DNA of 64,000 nt from Cenarchaeum sp. (lineage in GTDB: Archaea; Thermoproteota; Nitrososphaeria; Nitrososphaerales; Nitrosopumilaceae): positions 1,120,001 through 1,184,000 of the forward strand of contig OZ243037.1 in assembly GCA_965212015.1 (NCBI GenBank), written 5' to 3'. Made by a program: the position numbers and the translations under genes. Positions 41,736-51,322 of the stretch are shown here, in pieces; the stretch's first letter is position 1, and every line of letters starts with the position of its first letter. The notes under the pieces were generated by a model. The model made no database searches. It saw only the letters and a program-made list of their open reading frames with translations, and was not told where the DNA came from.

Positions 41736-42545
41736 TTGGCAAAATCTATAGAATCGGCCAAGAAAAGGCTGGAGAGGCTAAGGCGCCAGAGGGAGTACTA
41801 TCGGGAAAAGATACTGGCCAAAAACAGGAAAAGCCCGGCAAAATCGGGGGCAAAAAATACCCGTAAAAAATCCAAGACAAAATCCGGCGTATCGGCCAAG
41901 GAAAGGCTCAGAAAATACCAGAAGGAATACTATTGGGAAAATCGGGAAAAAATCCAGGCCCGACGACAAAGATATCGGAAACAACGGAAGGAATACACCC
42001 AGAGGCCGGAGGTAAAGAAAAAATTCCAGAAATACCGGCTAGAATATTATCAGAGGCCGGAGGTGAGGGAGCGGCGAAAGGAATACATGAGAAAATACAA
42101 CCGGCGGCCGGAGGCAAGGGAGCGGCAGAAAGAATACGACCAGAGGCCGGAGGTGAGGAAGCATAAAAGAGAATACCAACAGAGGCCGGAGGTGAGGAAG
42201 CATAAAAGAGAATACCAACAGAGGCCGGAAATAAAGAGAAAACAGAAGGAATACACCCAGAGGCCGGAGGTAAGGGAGCGGCGAAAGGAATACCGTCAGA
42301 GGCCGGAGGTAAAGAAAAAATTCCAGAAATACCGGCTAGAATATTATCAGAGGCCGGAGGTAAAGGAGCGGCAAAAGGAATACAGCCAGAGGCCGGAAAT
42401 AAAGAGAAAACAGAAGGAATACACCCAGAGGCCGGAGGTGAGGGCGCGTAAAAGAAGATACGATCAGAGGTCGAAGGTAAAGGTACGTAAAAGACATTTA
42501 GCAAAGACCAGTGGGAAATCCAAGACAAAGGCCGATAGGAAATAA
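41736..42545 (+). CDS. basic repeat protein (about 12 KEYxQRPEV units)
   Basis: 269-aa ORF, paralogue of 25946-27334. Confidence 0.75.
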   Translation: MAKSIESAKKRLERLRRQREYYREKILAKNRKSPAKSGAKNTRKKSKTKSGVSAKERLRKYQKEYYWENREKIQARRQRYRKQRKEYTQRPEVKKKFQKYRLEYYQRPEVRERRKEYMRKYNRRPEARERQKEYDQRPEVRKHKREYQQRPEVRKHKREYQQRPEIKRKQKEYTQRPEVRERRKEYRQRPEVKKKFQKYRLEYYQRPEVKERQKEYSQRPEIKRKQKEYTQRPEVRARKRRYDQRSKVKVRKRHLAKTSGKSKTKADRK

Positions 42546-42592
42546 TACCAGTCGGATGGCCCTTATGATTGGGACATGCCCCCTTTGATCAT

Positions 42593-42708
42593 GTGACCTG
42601 TACGGGCTTACGGGCCTTGGTGACCTGTACGGGCTTACGGGCCTTGGTGACCTGTACGGGCTTACGGGCCTTGGTGACCTGTACGGGCTTACGGGCCTTG
42701 GTGACCTG
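42593..42708. repeat. 27-bp tandem repeat, about 4.3 copies
   Basis: Exact copies of GTGACCTGTACGGGCTTACGGGCCTTG. Confidence 0.95.
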
Positions 42709-42920
42709 GGAGTTGTGTATGTGATTTGTATCCTGTCCGGGCCGGGACTCCGGCCCGGGATGGTTCTGGGCAAGAGGGCCGGCCCTGCCGGCCCGATGAT
42801 GTGATGGGATAGGGCTCCCGTCAGGGAGCCTTGGGCGATGACCTTGAAGTCCGAATGAGTTCGTCGTTGTGGGGATTGTGAGGTAACTGCGAGCTGGAAA
42901 TCCGCGCGCGGGGCTTGAAA
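42701..42920. repeat. ~220-bp hairpin-rich module, duplicated at 43358-43578
   Basis: Near-identical direct copy with three GC-rich hairpins. Confidence 0.92.
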
Positions 42921-42923
42921 AAT

Positions 42924-43120
42924 GGCACTTTTGCAGTCAAAAAAATGCAGTCAAAAGCATTTTTGCAGTCAATTTTTGGCATTTTTGCAGTCAGTAAAAA
43001 GATGCCAAAAGCATTTTTGCAGTCAAAAAAATGCAGTCAAAAGCATTTTTGCAGTCAGTAAAAAGATGCCAAAAGCATTTTTGCAGTCAAAAAAATGCAG
43101 TCAAAAGCGCTTTTGCGGTC
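42924..43120. repeat. degenerate TTTTGCAGTCAAAA repeat tract
   Basis: Repeated GCAGTCA motifs between A and T runs. Confidence 0.85.
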
Positions 43121-43214
43121 GAAATGGATCCGGATGACAGGACGGCTCAAAAGCCAGAGCAGATAACACAGAGTCGGCTGGCCATCAAGATTGAGAGACT
43201 CCTCTTGGTGATGT

Positions 43215-43366
43215 GGGACCTGTACGGGCTTACGGGCCTTGGTGACCTGTACTGGCCTGTGGGGGCCTTGGTGACCTGTACTGGCCTGTGGGGGCCTTGG
43301 TGACCTGTACTGGCCTGTGGGGGCCTTGGTGACCTGTACTGGCCTGTGGGGGCCTTGGTGACCTGT
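43215..43366. repeat. 29-bp tandem repeat (4 copies) preceded by one 27-bp unit
   Basis: GTGACCTGTACTGGCCTGTGGGGGCCTTG. Confidence 0.95.
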
Positions 43367-44061
43367 GGGGTTGTGTATGTGATTTGTATCCTGTCCGGGC
43401 CGGGACTCCGGCCCGGGATGGTTCTGGGCAAGAGGGCCGGCTCTGCCGGCCCGATGATGTGATGGGATAGGGCTCCCGTCAGGGAGCCTTGGGCGATGAC
43501 CTTGAAGTCCGAATGAGTTCGTCGTTGTGGGGATTGTGAGGTAACTGCGAGCTGGAAATCCGCGCGCGGGGCTTGAAAAACGACCCTTTTGTGGTCGGTA
43601 ATCGACCTCTTTGTGATCGAAACAGGCTGGGATGACGGAACGGCTCAGGAGTCGGAGTAGATAACAGAGTGGGCTGGCCTTCAAGATTGAGAGACTCTCC
43701 TTGGTCATGTGGCCTGTGGCCCTTGGTGGCTTGTGGCCGGCCTTGGTGACTTGTGGGAGTCTAGACTTTGTCCCAGATGGTTTTGGGAGAGGGCCGGCTC
43801 TGCCGGCCTTGGTGTATGGTTCGGCCGGAGACTCTGGCCTATATGATTCCGGGCAAGAGGGCCGAACCTGTGACCCGGGATGGTCCTTGGCTAGTCGGGC
43901 TGGCCTACAGCCCGACGGTGTGGTGGAACGGGGCTCCCGTCAGGGAGCCCCGGGGAAAGACGTTGAGATTACTGAATCGTGGTTCGTTGTTGGGGATTTA
44001 TGAGGTAATGCGAACTCGTCTGTCGTAAATGCGCATACGTGAGGGATATCAGTCATATTTC

Positions 44062-44222
44062 TTTGTGCACATTGTGCACAACCATTGTGCTCTTTGTGCA
44101 CAAAAAAATGTGCATATTGTGCACATTGTGCACAACCATTGTGCATTTTGTGCACAAAAAAAGTGCTTTTTGTGCTCTTTGTGCACATTGTGCATTTTGT
44201 GCACACAGAAAGTGCACTTGGT
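44062..44222. repeat. cluster of TGTGCACA palindromes
   Basis: About 8 TGTGCACA copies plus variants. Confidence 0.9.
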
Positions 44223-44227
44223 GTACC

Positions 44228-44460
44228 CAGTGTACGCAAAAAGGTGTATTGCGTACACTCAGTGTACCGTCACGTAGCACTCAGTGTACGCAAAAAGGTG
44301 TATTGCGTACACTCAGTGTACCGTCACGTAGCACTCAGTGTACGCAAAAAGGTGTATTGCGTACACTCAGTGTACCGTCACGTAGCACTCAGTGTACGCA
44401 AAAAGGTGTATTGCGTACACTCAGTGTACCGTCACGTAGCACTCAGTGTACGCAAAAAGG
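44228..44460. repeat. 54-bp tandem repeat (4.3 copies) with an internal 11-bp inverted repeat
   Basis: Units start at 44228, 44282, 44336, 44390 and 44444; AGTGTACGCAA-N9-TTGCGTACACT. Confidence 0.95.
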
Positions 44461-44578
44461 GTACACTTGGTACATTTGGTGTACCCATACGTAGCACTTG
44501 GTGCACTCAGTGTACGCAAAATGGGTGCACTTGGTGCACTTGGTGTACCCATACGTAGCACTTGGTGCACTTTGTGTT

Positions 44579-44704
44579 ACCTCACGTAGCTCTTTGAGCT
44601 ATCCCCACGTAGCTCTTTATGCTCTTTATGCTACCTCACGTAGCTCTTTGAGCTATCCCCACGTAGCTCTTTATGCTCTTTATGCTACCTCACGTAGCTC
44701 TTTG
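44579..44704. repeat. second 54-bp tandem repeat (2.3 copies)
   Basis: ACCTCACGTAGCTCTTTG... at 44579, 44633 and 44687. Confidence 0.9.
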
Positions 44705-44946
44705 TGCTTTTTTACCCAAAGTTGGACTGTGGCATTTGGGCATGACAATCAAAGACCCAAATTAGAAGCAGATTCCATGCGATCAAACCAACGTCTGCCT
44801 GATCTCAAAGAACGACTCAATAATTCCCAAAGCCCCATATTGGCAAGATCCAAGATATTGACCAAGGAAAGACTCGGAAAATACCGCTAGAGGCTCATGT
44901 GGGAATTGTGCTTTTTCTGCAATTTGCGCTAGCAGACCCTCTGACA

Positions 44947-46359
44947 TTAGGATTCCACCTTTTGTGTGATTGGCCGGCGCACAAGGAATCTGCCGTCGGA
45001 GAGCTCCTTGTCCATATCCCACCCCCGGGCCGAATGCTCCAGCAGGCTCTGCTCATCCTTTACAATCTTGCTCTCAAAGGGGTTACGGCCGACAGGCTCT
45101 TCCTGCTTTATCCTGTCTGGGGTCTGCTCTGATTTTGGGTCCTGAGCAAGCACGGGCGGGTCCACCCCGTACATTGTCGCCTGCTGGCGCCACATCTCGA
45201 GCAGCATCTCCTTTTTGTCCATGCCCGCACCAGAGGAGTCGGTGGCCAGAAACATCTGGCTTTGTGTGTATGCGCGCCTCATATCCTCCATCATCTGCTC
45301 TGTCAGCATTCCCTTGTTGGTCGTATATCGCGCCTCCATGTCGCCCTTGTGGCCCATAAAGAACTGCCTGTATGCGTGCGTCATGCACCCGTGGCTTTCG
45401 GCCATGAGCATCTGCGTGTCAAAGTACGCCCTCAGGGCGTACGGCCGGATCTTCATCACGCTCCAGATAATCGGCCGTATGCTAGACGATATGTTTGTCG
45501 TGGTCAGATACAGGTTTGAGTCGTCCTTGCGCCTTCCCTTTATCCTGTATCCATGTCCAACCGCAATCAGTGCAGAGTCCGGCTTCAATATCTCCCCGCG
45601 CGCTATGCGCGCTTGAAGATATCCCAGGACATACTTGCAACCCTGCTCGCTCAGAAACGTCATGTACTTGTTGCGCGTCTTGCTCAGATTCGCCCGTACT
45701 ATTATTCTGGCAGGCATTTTTTCAAATCTAACCCTATCGCCGTCGATTACAAGCTCTGGCATGTCACCAAGGCACAGACCGTCGTCCCTCTCTACGGTGC
45801 CCATAACCTGCGGACGTATTCCGGAGAACGCCATCAGGCTGATTATGACCCTGTCACGCGGGGCTCCGGCATCAAGAATTTGCCGCAGCTGATCCTGATC
45901 CGGAACCTTTTCGTCCTGGATTCTTACCGGCACGTCCTCGTTTCTGATCTTTATCTTGCGCTTTATCTCTATATGGTTGTACTCTAGCCAAGACTTTATC
46001 GCCTTTATCATGCCGCCGATGTATCCCGGCGCATATTTCTGTCCCTCCATCCACGAGACGTGATCAAGCAGTATGTTTTCTACTTGCATTGGATCCTCCC
46101 GTCCAGTCTTTACAAGCTGTTCGGGTGATACTTTGATCCTGTCGCAGAAAAGATTCAGTCGCCGCAACTTTACGCCTGCGCTTAACACGCTTGAGCGGCG
46201 AATGTTATCATACCATCTGCGTATGTCATCATTATTCAATAATAGTTTAGGGGGTTCGGTCGCCATTCTGTTCCAGCTTCGGATCTTTGATTTGGATGTA
46301 ATCGTATTTGTACTTGGCGCATTTTGATCAACGTTGATACCTCTATGTTGTTGCATCAT
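44947..46359 (-). CDS. tyrosine recombinase/integrase
   Basis: SGIRP (R), SKT (K), YALR, FMGH and ARY catalytic residues; adjacent to the tRNA 3' end. Confidence 0.92.
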   Translation of the reverse strand: MMQQHRGINVDQNAPSTNTITSKSKIRSWNRMATEPPKLLLNNDDIRRWYDNIRRSSVLSAGVKLRRLNLFCDRIKVSPEQLVKTGREDPMQVENILLDHVSWMEGQKYAPGYIGGMIKAIKSWLEYNHIEIKRKIKIRNEDVPVRIQDEKVPDQDQLRQILDAGAPRDRVIISLMAFSGIRPQVMGTVERDDGLCLGDMPELVIDGDRVRFEKMPARIIVRANLSKTRNKYMTFLSEQGCKYVLGYLQARIARGEILKPDSALIAVGHGYRIKGRRKDDSNLYLTTTNISSSIRPIIWSVMKIRPYALRAYFDTQMLMAESHGCMTHAYRQFFMGHKGDMEARYTTNKGMLTEQMMEDMRRAYTQSQMFLATDSSGAGMDKKEMLLEMWRQQATMYGVDPPVLAQDPKSEQTPDRIKQEEPVGRNPFESKIVKDEQSLLEHSARGWDMDKELSDGRFLVRRPITQKVES

Positions 46360-46579
46360 CGTTGATACCTCAACTTTGACATTCTTTCATTAGGAATTAT
46401 ATATGGGATGTTTTTATATTGTGAAATAATACGGCGCCCTTCCAATTCTGCCCTTGATTTGAATAATACAATTTTTAAAATCATTTTTTGGAAATGAAAT
46501 TTGTTTACAATTCTAAAATCCAGAATATTTTTTTTGCTCGATTCTGAAAACATTATATCATATAGTTGTGTTAAAAAAA

Positions 46580-46656
46580 TGGCGGGTCTAAGGGGATTCG
46601 AACCCCTGACAGCCGGATTAAGAGTCCGGTGCTCTACCTGGCTGAGCCATAGACCC
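46580..46656 (-). tRNA. tRNA-Lys(CTT)
   Basis: Full cloverleaf GGGTCTA...CCGGA-CTCTTAA-TCCGG...TAGACCCG-CCA. Confidence 0.96.
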
Positions 46657-46704
46657 GCACACTGATCCAGCTTCAAAGTTGTTATTAACGTTAAGGTGTG
46701 AAAC

Positions 46705-47307
46705 CTAGCTTGCCACTTTGGAGTCTAGCTGCTCATACTTTTCAAGAATCGCAGAAAGGACGGTGGACACTGGTATGTCGTTCATCTTTTTCTTTTCAGA
46801 GAGGAGCTTTTGATAGGCATCAAGCGTAATGTATACCGGAATCGAGCCGTTGCCCTCTAGCAGTCCCCTCACCTTGAACAGGGCAGTCTCCATCCCGCGC
46901 CTGGCGGATTTTTCAAATTTCGCCTTGTTCATGATGGCGCCTAGCGGGCCAAACGGCATCTGATAGTCCACTGTCATGGTGACGCTAGTCAGGTTGTCGC
47001 CTAGCGCCTTGAACTCGTTTGTTATATTCCACCTCTTAAACGGCCCATTGATCTGTTTTGCCGAGATTCTCTCTTCCCTGTCAAATTCCGTAGTCTCGCA
47101 GTCCCATTCGAGCCTTTTTCCGCTAAAGTCGCTGATTATCCTAAAGGTGGTGCCTACGCCCATTCCCTCCTTTATGTCCATGGGAATGACAGTCATGCCC
47201 ACTCCGTTGTCAGTCATTTGGTCAGAGACGTGCTCTGGCCTTGCAAAATACGTAAAGACCGTGCTGACGGGGGCCTTGATATCGATGGACTTGCTCACTA
47301 TCGTCAA
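46705..47307 (-). CDS. SRPBCC (cyclase/dehydrase) family protein
   Basis: SIDIKAPVSTVF and GPFKRW...VDY motifs; TTG start inferred. Confidence 0.85.
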   Translation of the reverse strand: MTIVSKSIDIKAPVSTVFTYFARPEHVSDQMTDNGVGMTVIPMDIKEGMGVGTTFRIISDFSGKRLEWDCETTEFDREERISAKQINGPFKRWNITNEFKALGDNLTSVTMTVDYQMPFGPLGAIMNKAKFEKSARRGMETALFKVRGLLEGNGSIPVYITLDAYQKLLSEKKKMNDIPVSTVLSAILEKYEQLDSKVAS

Positions 47308-47405
47308 TAATTGCCTCTCTTGGCAATCTTGATTTAAAGGTTTTGACAATATTTTGCAAAAAAATCCCTTACAATATATTCGCCATAATACGCATCCTGA
47401 GCGGA

Positions 47406-47921
47406 ATGGGGGTGTGCGTATTTGGGGCATGCATTGTGCTTTTGGTTTTTCTGACACTCCAGGCGGCCCCGGTCCAGGGCCACTCCCTTTTTAATTCGGC
47501 CGAGGAGTTCATCGGGGGATACAGGGTTCAGATCGCAACGCTGCCCGAGTTCCCGCAGATCGGCGAGGATTCCCAGATTCTGCTGAGGGTGACAGACGCC
47601 GAGTTCGCAGAGGTGGACGATTTTACGGTGGGAACCAGGTTCACCTACAACGGGGATCAGATACTGGCCACAAGCCCGACACCCGTCGAGGGAAGCCACT
47701 GGGAGATGAGCTTTGTCTTTGAGAGGCCCGGCAACCACATCGTATATGTGGACCTGTACGACACTGCACCAGGCAAGATCCTGACGTACACGTTTAACAT
47801 CGGCACGCAGAGCCCGTTTGGATACATCTTTTTTATCGCCATTACAATCGGTGCGGTGACGTTTGCAATTGTAGTCGGCTATATCTATCTGCCAAGGATA
47901 CTCGCAGTGCTCAGGCGCTAG
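47406..47921 (+). CDS. conserved exported membrane-anchored protein
   Basis: Signal peptide, beta-rich domain, C-terminal TM helix. Confidence 0.7.
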   Translation: MGVCVFGACIVLLVFLTLQAAPVQGHSLFNSAEEFIGGYRVQIATLPEFPQIGEDSQILLRVTDAEFAEVDDFTVGTRFTYNGDQILATSPTPVEGSHWEMSFVFERPGNHIVYVDLYDTAPGKILTYTFNIGTQSPFGYIFFIAITIGAVTFAIVVGYIYLPRILAVLRR

Positions 47922-48354
47922 CCTTTAGCGGTTTTCTGTCTATTCGAAACGCAAACAGGGTGGTCAGGAGGCTCATTGAGAACAGCAGGATTCCTATTCC
48001 CAGGTGTATTGCAACTAGCACAGAGTGCAGCTTTGTGTCTATTACGAGTGCGCCCAGGGTAATCTGCACCACCACCAATACTGCAGCAAGGATGCTCGTC
48101 ACTTTGATCTGTACTGTGGCGTTTTTGTTCATGCAGCATCCTACTGCGGTGGCAACTATCAGTACGCCGGCGCTTGCGGCCACCAGCCTGTGGACCCACT
48201 CGATAAAATAGCCGTCACCCGGCGCAAGGCCGTCGGGGCACAGCGGCCAGTCCGGACATGTAAGGCCGAGTCCGGCGGCAGACACGTATCCCCCCACAAA
48301 CATCAGGGAGTACAAAACCACAAGGGACGTCAGCGCAAGGTATTTGATCGCCAA
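47911..48354 (-). CDS. ctaA: heme A synthase, short COX15/CtaA form
   Basis: GLTCPDWPLC, EWVHR and AIHL motifs. Confidence 0.88.
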   Translation of the reverse strand: MAIKYLALTSLVVLYSLMFVGGYVSAAGLGLTCPDWPLCPDGLAPGDGYFIEWVHRLVAASAGVLIVATAVGCCMNKNATVQIKVTSILAAVLVVVQITLGALVIDTKLHSVLVAIHLGIGILLFSMSLLTTLFAFRIDRKPLKASA

Positions 48355-48360
48355 GGGTTT

Positions 48361-49302
48361 CTACCTTACAGTCACAATCCCGGTCATGTGCGGATGCACG
48401 GCGCAATAATACGGGTATTCGCCCGCATTCTCAAACGTATAGGAAAACTCGCTTCCCGCCTCAAACGGATAACCCGTGTCAAAGTTTCCATCCGAGCCGT
48501 CGCTGAAAATTCCGCTAGTTACGGTATGCGCCACGGTGTCGTCATTTGACCACGTGACAGTGTCCCCCGCAGAAACTAGCGCATTGGCAGGCAGATAGCA
48601 CGTATTGTCAGCCTTGCATGCAAATGCAGAGGATCCCGGAGTAGTAGAGATGCTTCCGACAAGCTCTGTGAGTTCTGCCTTTACCTCCTGCGGCTCCTCG
48701 GTTTGCGGTTCAGGTTTCGGCTCTGCGGGTTTTGGCGGCTCGGCCTCACCCACTATTATCGTGCCCACCATTCCCAGCTCGCGGTGTCCTGCAACCGTAC
48801 AGATATAGTAGAATATTCCCTCCTCTGGCGCGATAAACTCGGACTGGCCGCCCTCGTTTGCATTCAGGGGATTATTTGGGTGTGCCACCTCCGTTCCCGG
48901 AATTATCCCTGCTGCCCCCTCTTCTGCACCGGTGACTCCAAACGAGTGAAACGACTTGCCGGCATTTATCACGTCAAATACTATCTTGTCTCCCACGTCT
49001 GCCGTTATGGTGGGATTGTGCCCGGGATCGCCGGGCAGCGCGTTGAAGGCCAGATTGCGAAGGTCGCCGGACTCTACAAACGACAGCGATACTGGGATCT
49101 CCTCTCCGGTGAACTCTATTTTGTCATACGTTTTTTGCTCGCCTGCCAGTATGGCGACAATGGGGGGCGGTGCGGATATCCAATAGTCCCACATTGCAAA
49201 GAATATCACGCCTCCGGCTATGCAGATTCCAAGCATGATTACCATCATCTTTATGGTCCTCTCCGGGGAGGTTCTGTATATTGGATCGTTGTTCTGGCTC
49301 AT
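48361..49302 (-). CDS. membrane-anchored blue copper protein with two cupredoxin domains
   Basis: H...CTVAGHRELGM and H...CAVHPHM. Confidence 0.88.
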   Translation of the reverse strand: MSQNNDPIYRTSPERTIKMMVIMLGICIAGGVIFFAMWDYWISAPPPIVAILAGEQKTYDKIEFTGEEIPVSLSFVESGDLRNLAFNALPGDPGHNPTITADVGDKIVFDVINAGKSFHSFGVTGAEEGAAGIIPGTEVAHPNNPLNANEGGQSEFIAPEEGIFYYICTVAGHRELGMVGTIIVGEAEPPKPAEPKPEPQTEEPQEVKAELTELVGSISTTPGSSAFACKADNTCYLPANALVSAGDTVTWSNDDTVAHTVTSGIFSDGSDGNFDTGYPFEAGSEFSYTFENAGEYPYYCAVHPHMTGIVTVR

Positions 49303-49313
49303 CTTTATATCAT

Positions 49314-50840
49314 CTAGTGTTGCGGGTTCTTGTTTTTGTACGGATAATAGTATTTTCCCCCCAGTCCCCACGGATCATCCATGTTGGCGGGCCTGCCCTT
49401 GGCAGCAGAATGAATCATGTTGCCAAGGAATATGGCCATGCTTATGCCGATCAGCATTGCGCCCACAGTGGCGATCTGATTCATCGCAATCCATTCGGGA
49501 ATCGGCGGATAGTCGTATATCCTTCTTGGCATGCCAAACAGTCCTAATACGTGTTGAGTGAAAAACACCAGTACGGCGCCTATAAACGACATTATAAAGT
49601 GGACCTGGCCCAGTTTCTCGTGGTACATCCGTCCCGTGACATACGGGAACATGTAGTACAGGTATCCTATGGAGCCAAAGGCGATCGTTCCCATGACAAA
49701 GAGGTGAAAGTGCCCCACCACCCAGTAGGAATCGTGCGTGACAAAGTCCAGCGGCATCGCGCTATTGACCACGCCGCCGGCTCCCGCAGAAAAGAACAGC
49801 GCAATTCCCCCGACTGCCCACATCATCGGGGTCGCAAACTTTATCCTGCCGTTCCACATTGTGGCCAGAAAGTTAAAGACGTGCATTGCAGAGGCGGGGA
49901 CTGCGGCCAGCGTGCCCACCATAAAGACGGTCTTTTCGGTAAAGGACATTCCCGTCGCATACATGTGGTGCGCCCACGAAGAAAAGCTGACGATTGCAAG
50001 CAGGACAAACGCAAAGATGCCAGAGCTGTGGCTGAATATGGGCTTTCTGGAAAACCTGGGGATTATCTCGTACATCATTCCGATTGCAGGTATTACAAGC
50101 ACGTACACCTCCGGGTGGAAGGTAAACCAGAACAGATGCGCGTACGCTATGGGATCGCCGCCCAGTGCCGGGTTGAAAAAGCCGCTCACCCCGAGCCTGT
50201 CTGTAAGCAGCATGAGAAGCGCGGCAGCAAACGTGGGAATCGCGACAAGCACTATCAATGATGACGACAGGAATGACCATGCCAGAAGCGGGACCTGCCC
50301 TATCGACATGTCCGGATGCTTGCACTTCATTATGGTGACTACAAAGTTGATTGCGCCAAGAATCGACGAGATGCCCAGTATCTTTAGCCCAAAGATCCAC
50401 ATGTCAGCCGCCGGGCCCGGCGCGCTGATTATGGAATACGGCGGGGTTGCATACCAGGTAAAGTCCGCAAAGCCCAGCCATATGAGCGCGCCCGCAGGCG
50501 GGATCATCCAGAACGCAATTGCGTTTAGCTTTGGATACGCCATGTCCCTGTACCGGACCATTATCGGGACAAAATAGTTGCCCACCGCAGACGCAAACGG
50601 CAGTATGAACAAAAAGATCAGCGTGGTGCCGTGTACTGTAAATATCCTGTTAAACGTCATGGAATCGGCGATAAACTGCGAGCCGGGCAGGAACAGCTCC
50701 AGGCGTATGGCCAGCGCAAGCGCGCCGCCCATGAACAGGAATCCAAGGGACGTAATAAGATAGAGCAGGCCCACGTCGGTGTGGTGGGTGGAGAACATTA
50801 TCTGCCAGATTGGACGCGGTTTTTGCAGTTCCAGGACCAT
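49314..50840 (-). CDS. coxA: heme-copper oxidase subunit I
   Basis: HPEVY, WAHH and HFH motifs. Confidence 0.97.
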   Translation of the reverse strand: MVLELQKPRPIWQIMFSTHHTDVGLLYLITSLGFLFMGGALALAIRLELFLPGSQFIADSMTFNRIFTVHGTTLIFLFILPFASAVGNYFVPIMVRYRDMAYPKLNAIAFWMIPPAGALIWLGFADFTWYATPPYSIISAPGPAADMWIFGLKILGISSILGAINFVVTIMKCKHPDMSIGQVPLLAWSFLSSSLIVLVAIPTFAAALLMLLTDRLGVSGFFNPALGGDPIAYAHLFWFTFHPEVYVLVIPAIGMMYEIIPRFSRKPIFSHSSGIFAFVLLAIVSFSSWAHHMYATGMSFTEKTVFMVGTLAAVPASAMHVFNFLATMWNGRIKFATPMMWAVGGIALFFSAGAGGVVNSAMPLDFVTHDSYWVVGHFHLFVMGTIAFGSIGYLYYMFPYVTGRMYHEKLGQVHFIMSFIGAVLVFFTQHVLGLFGMPRRIYDYPPIPEWIAMNQIATVGAMLIGISMAIFLGNMIHSAAKGRPANMDDPWGLGGKYYYPYKNKNPQH

Positions 50841-50890
50841 CTAGCAGCACACCCTCTCAAAGGAATCCAATGCAATCATTAAAAGCGTTA

Positions 50891-51322
50891 TCATGCGGAC
50901 GGATCCTCCACGTACAGCGTTCCGCGCATGTTGTAGTGGATCAGCCCGCAGTACTCCCTGCACTGTATGTCGTGTACGCCTGCCTCCATCGGTGCAAACC
51001 ACACCGTGTTGACCCTGCCGGGGACCGCATCCAACAGTACGACATAGTCGTGTATGTTAAACGAGTGAATCACGTCAGTCGACGTTATCTCAAACTTGTA
51101 GGCCTTGCCCACCTCCACGTGAAGCTCACCTATTTCTTTTGTCCCGTCGGCGTGCTCAAAGGTCCAGAACCACTGCTGGCCTGTCACCTTTATGACCTCG
51201 GCGTCCTCCGGAATGTGCTCCACAATTCTCTCGACGTTCCACGCCTCTGCCCCGACCCAGACTAGCAGTGCTATGACCACGCCGATATAGACCCATTCTG
51301 GCCAGTTTGAGTGCTTGCCCAA
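50891..51322 (-). CDS. coxB: heme-copper oxidase subunit II
   Basis: DVIHSF and CuA site CREYCGLIHYNM. Confidence 0.95.
   Translation of the reverse strand: MGKHSNWPEWVYIGVVIALLVWVGAEAWNVERIVEHIPEDAEVIKVTGQQWFWTFEHADGTKEIGELHVEVGKAYKFEITSTDVIHSFNIHDYVVLLDAVPGRVNTVWFAPMEAGVHDIQCREYCGLIHYNMRGTLYVEDPSA

Noticed and set aside
42593-44704. CRISPR array
   Set aside because: The units are contiguous tandem copies with no unique spacers, and there are no cas genes in the window.
44029-44890. Cys/His-rich ORFs resembling zinc fingers
   Set aside because: They arise in several frames on both strands from TGTGCACA and 54-bp repeats.
25544-46656. Complete provirus or conjugative element
   Set aside because: I recognise no capsid, packaging ATPase, primase/helicase, VirB4 or relaxase genes.
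46356-46676. 106-aa ORF upstream of the integrase, and ORFs 25056-25241 and 54856-55188
   Set aside because: They overlap tRNA or tRNA-like genes and have no protein motifs.
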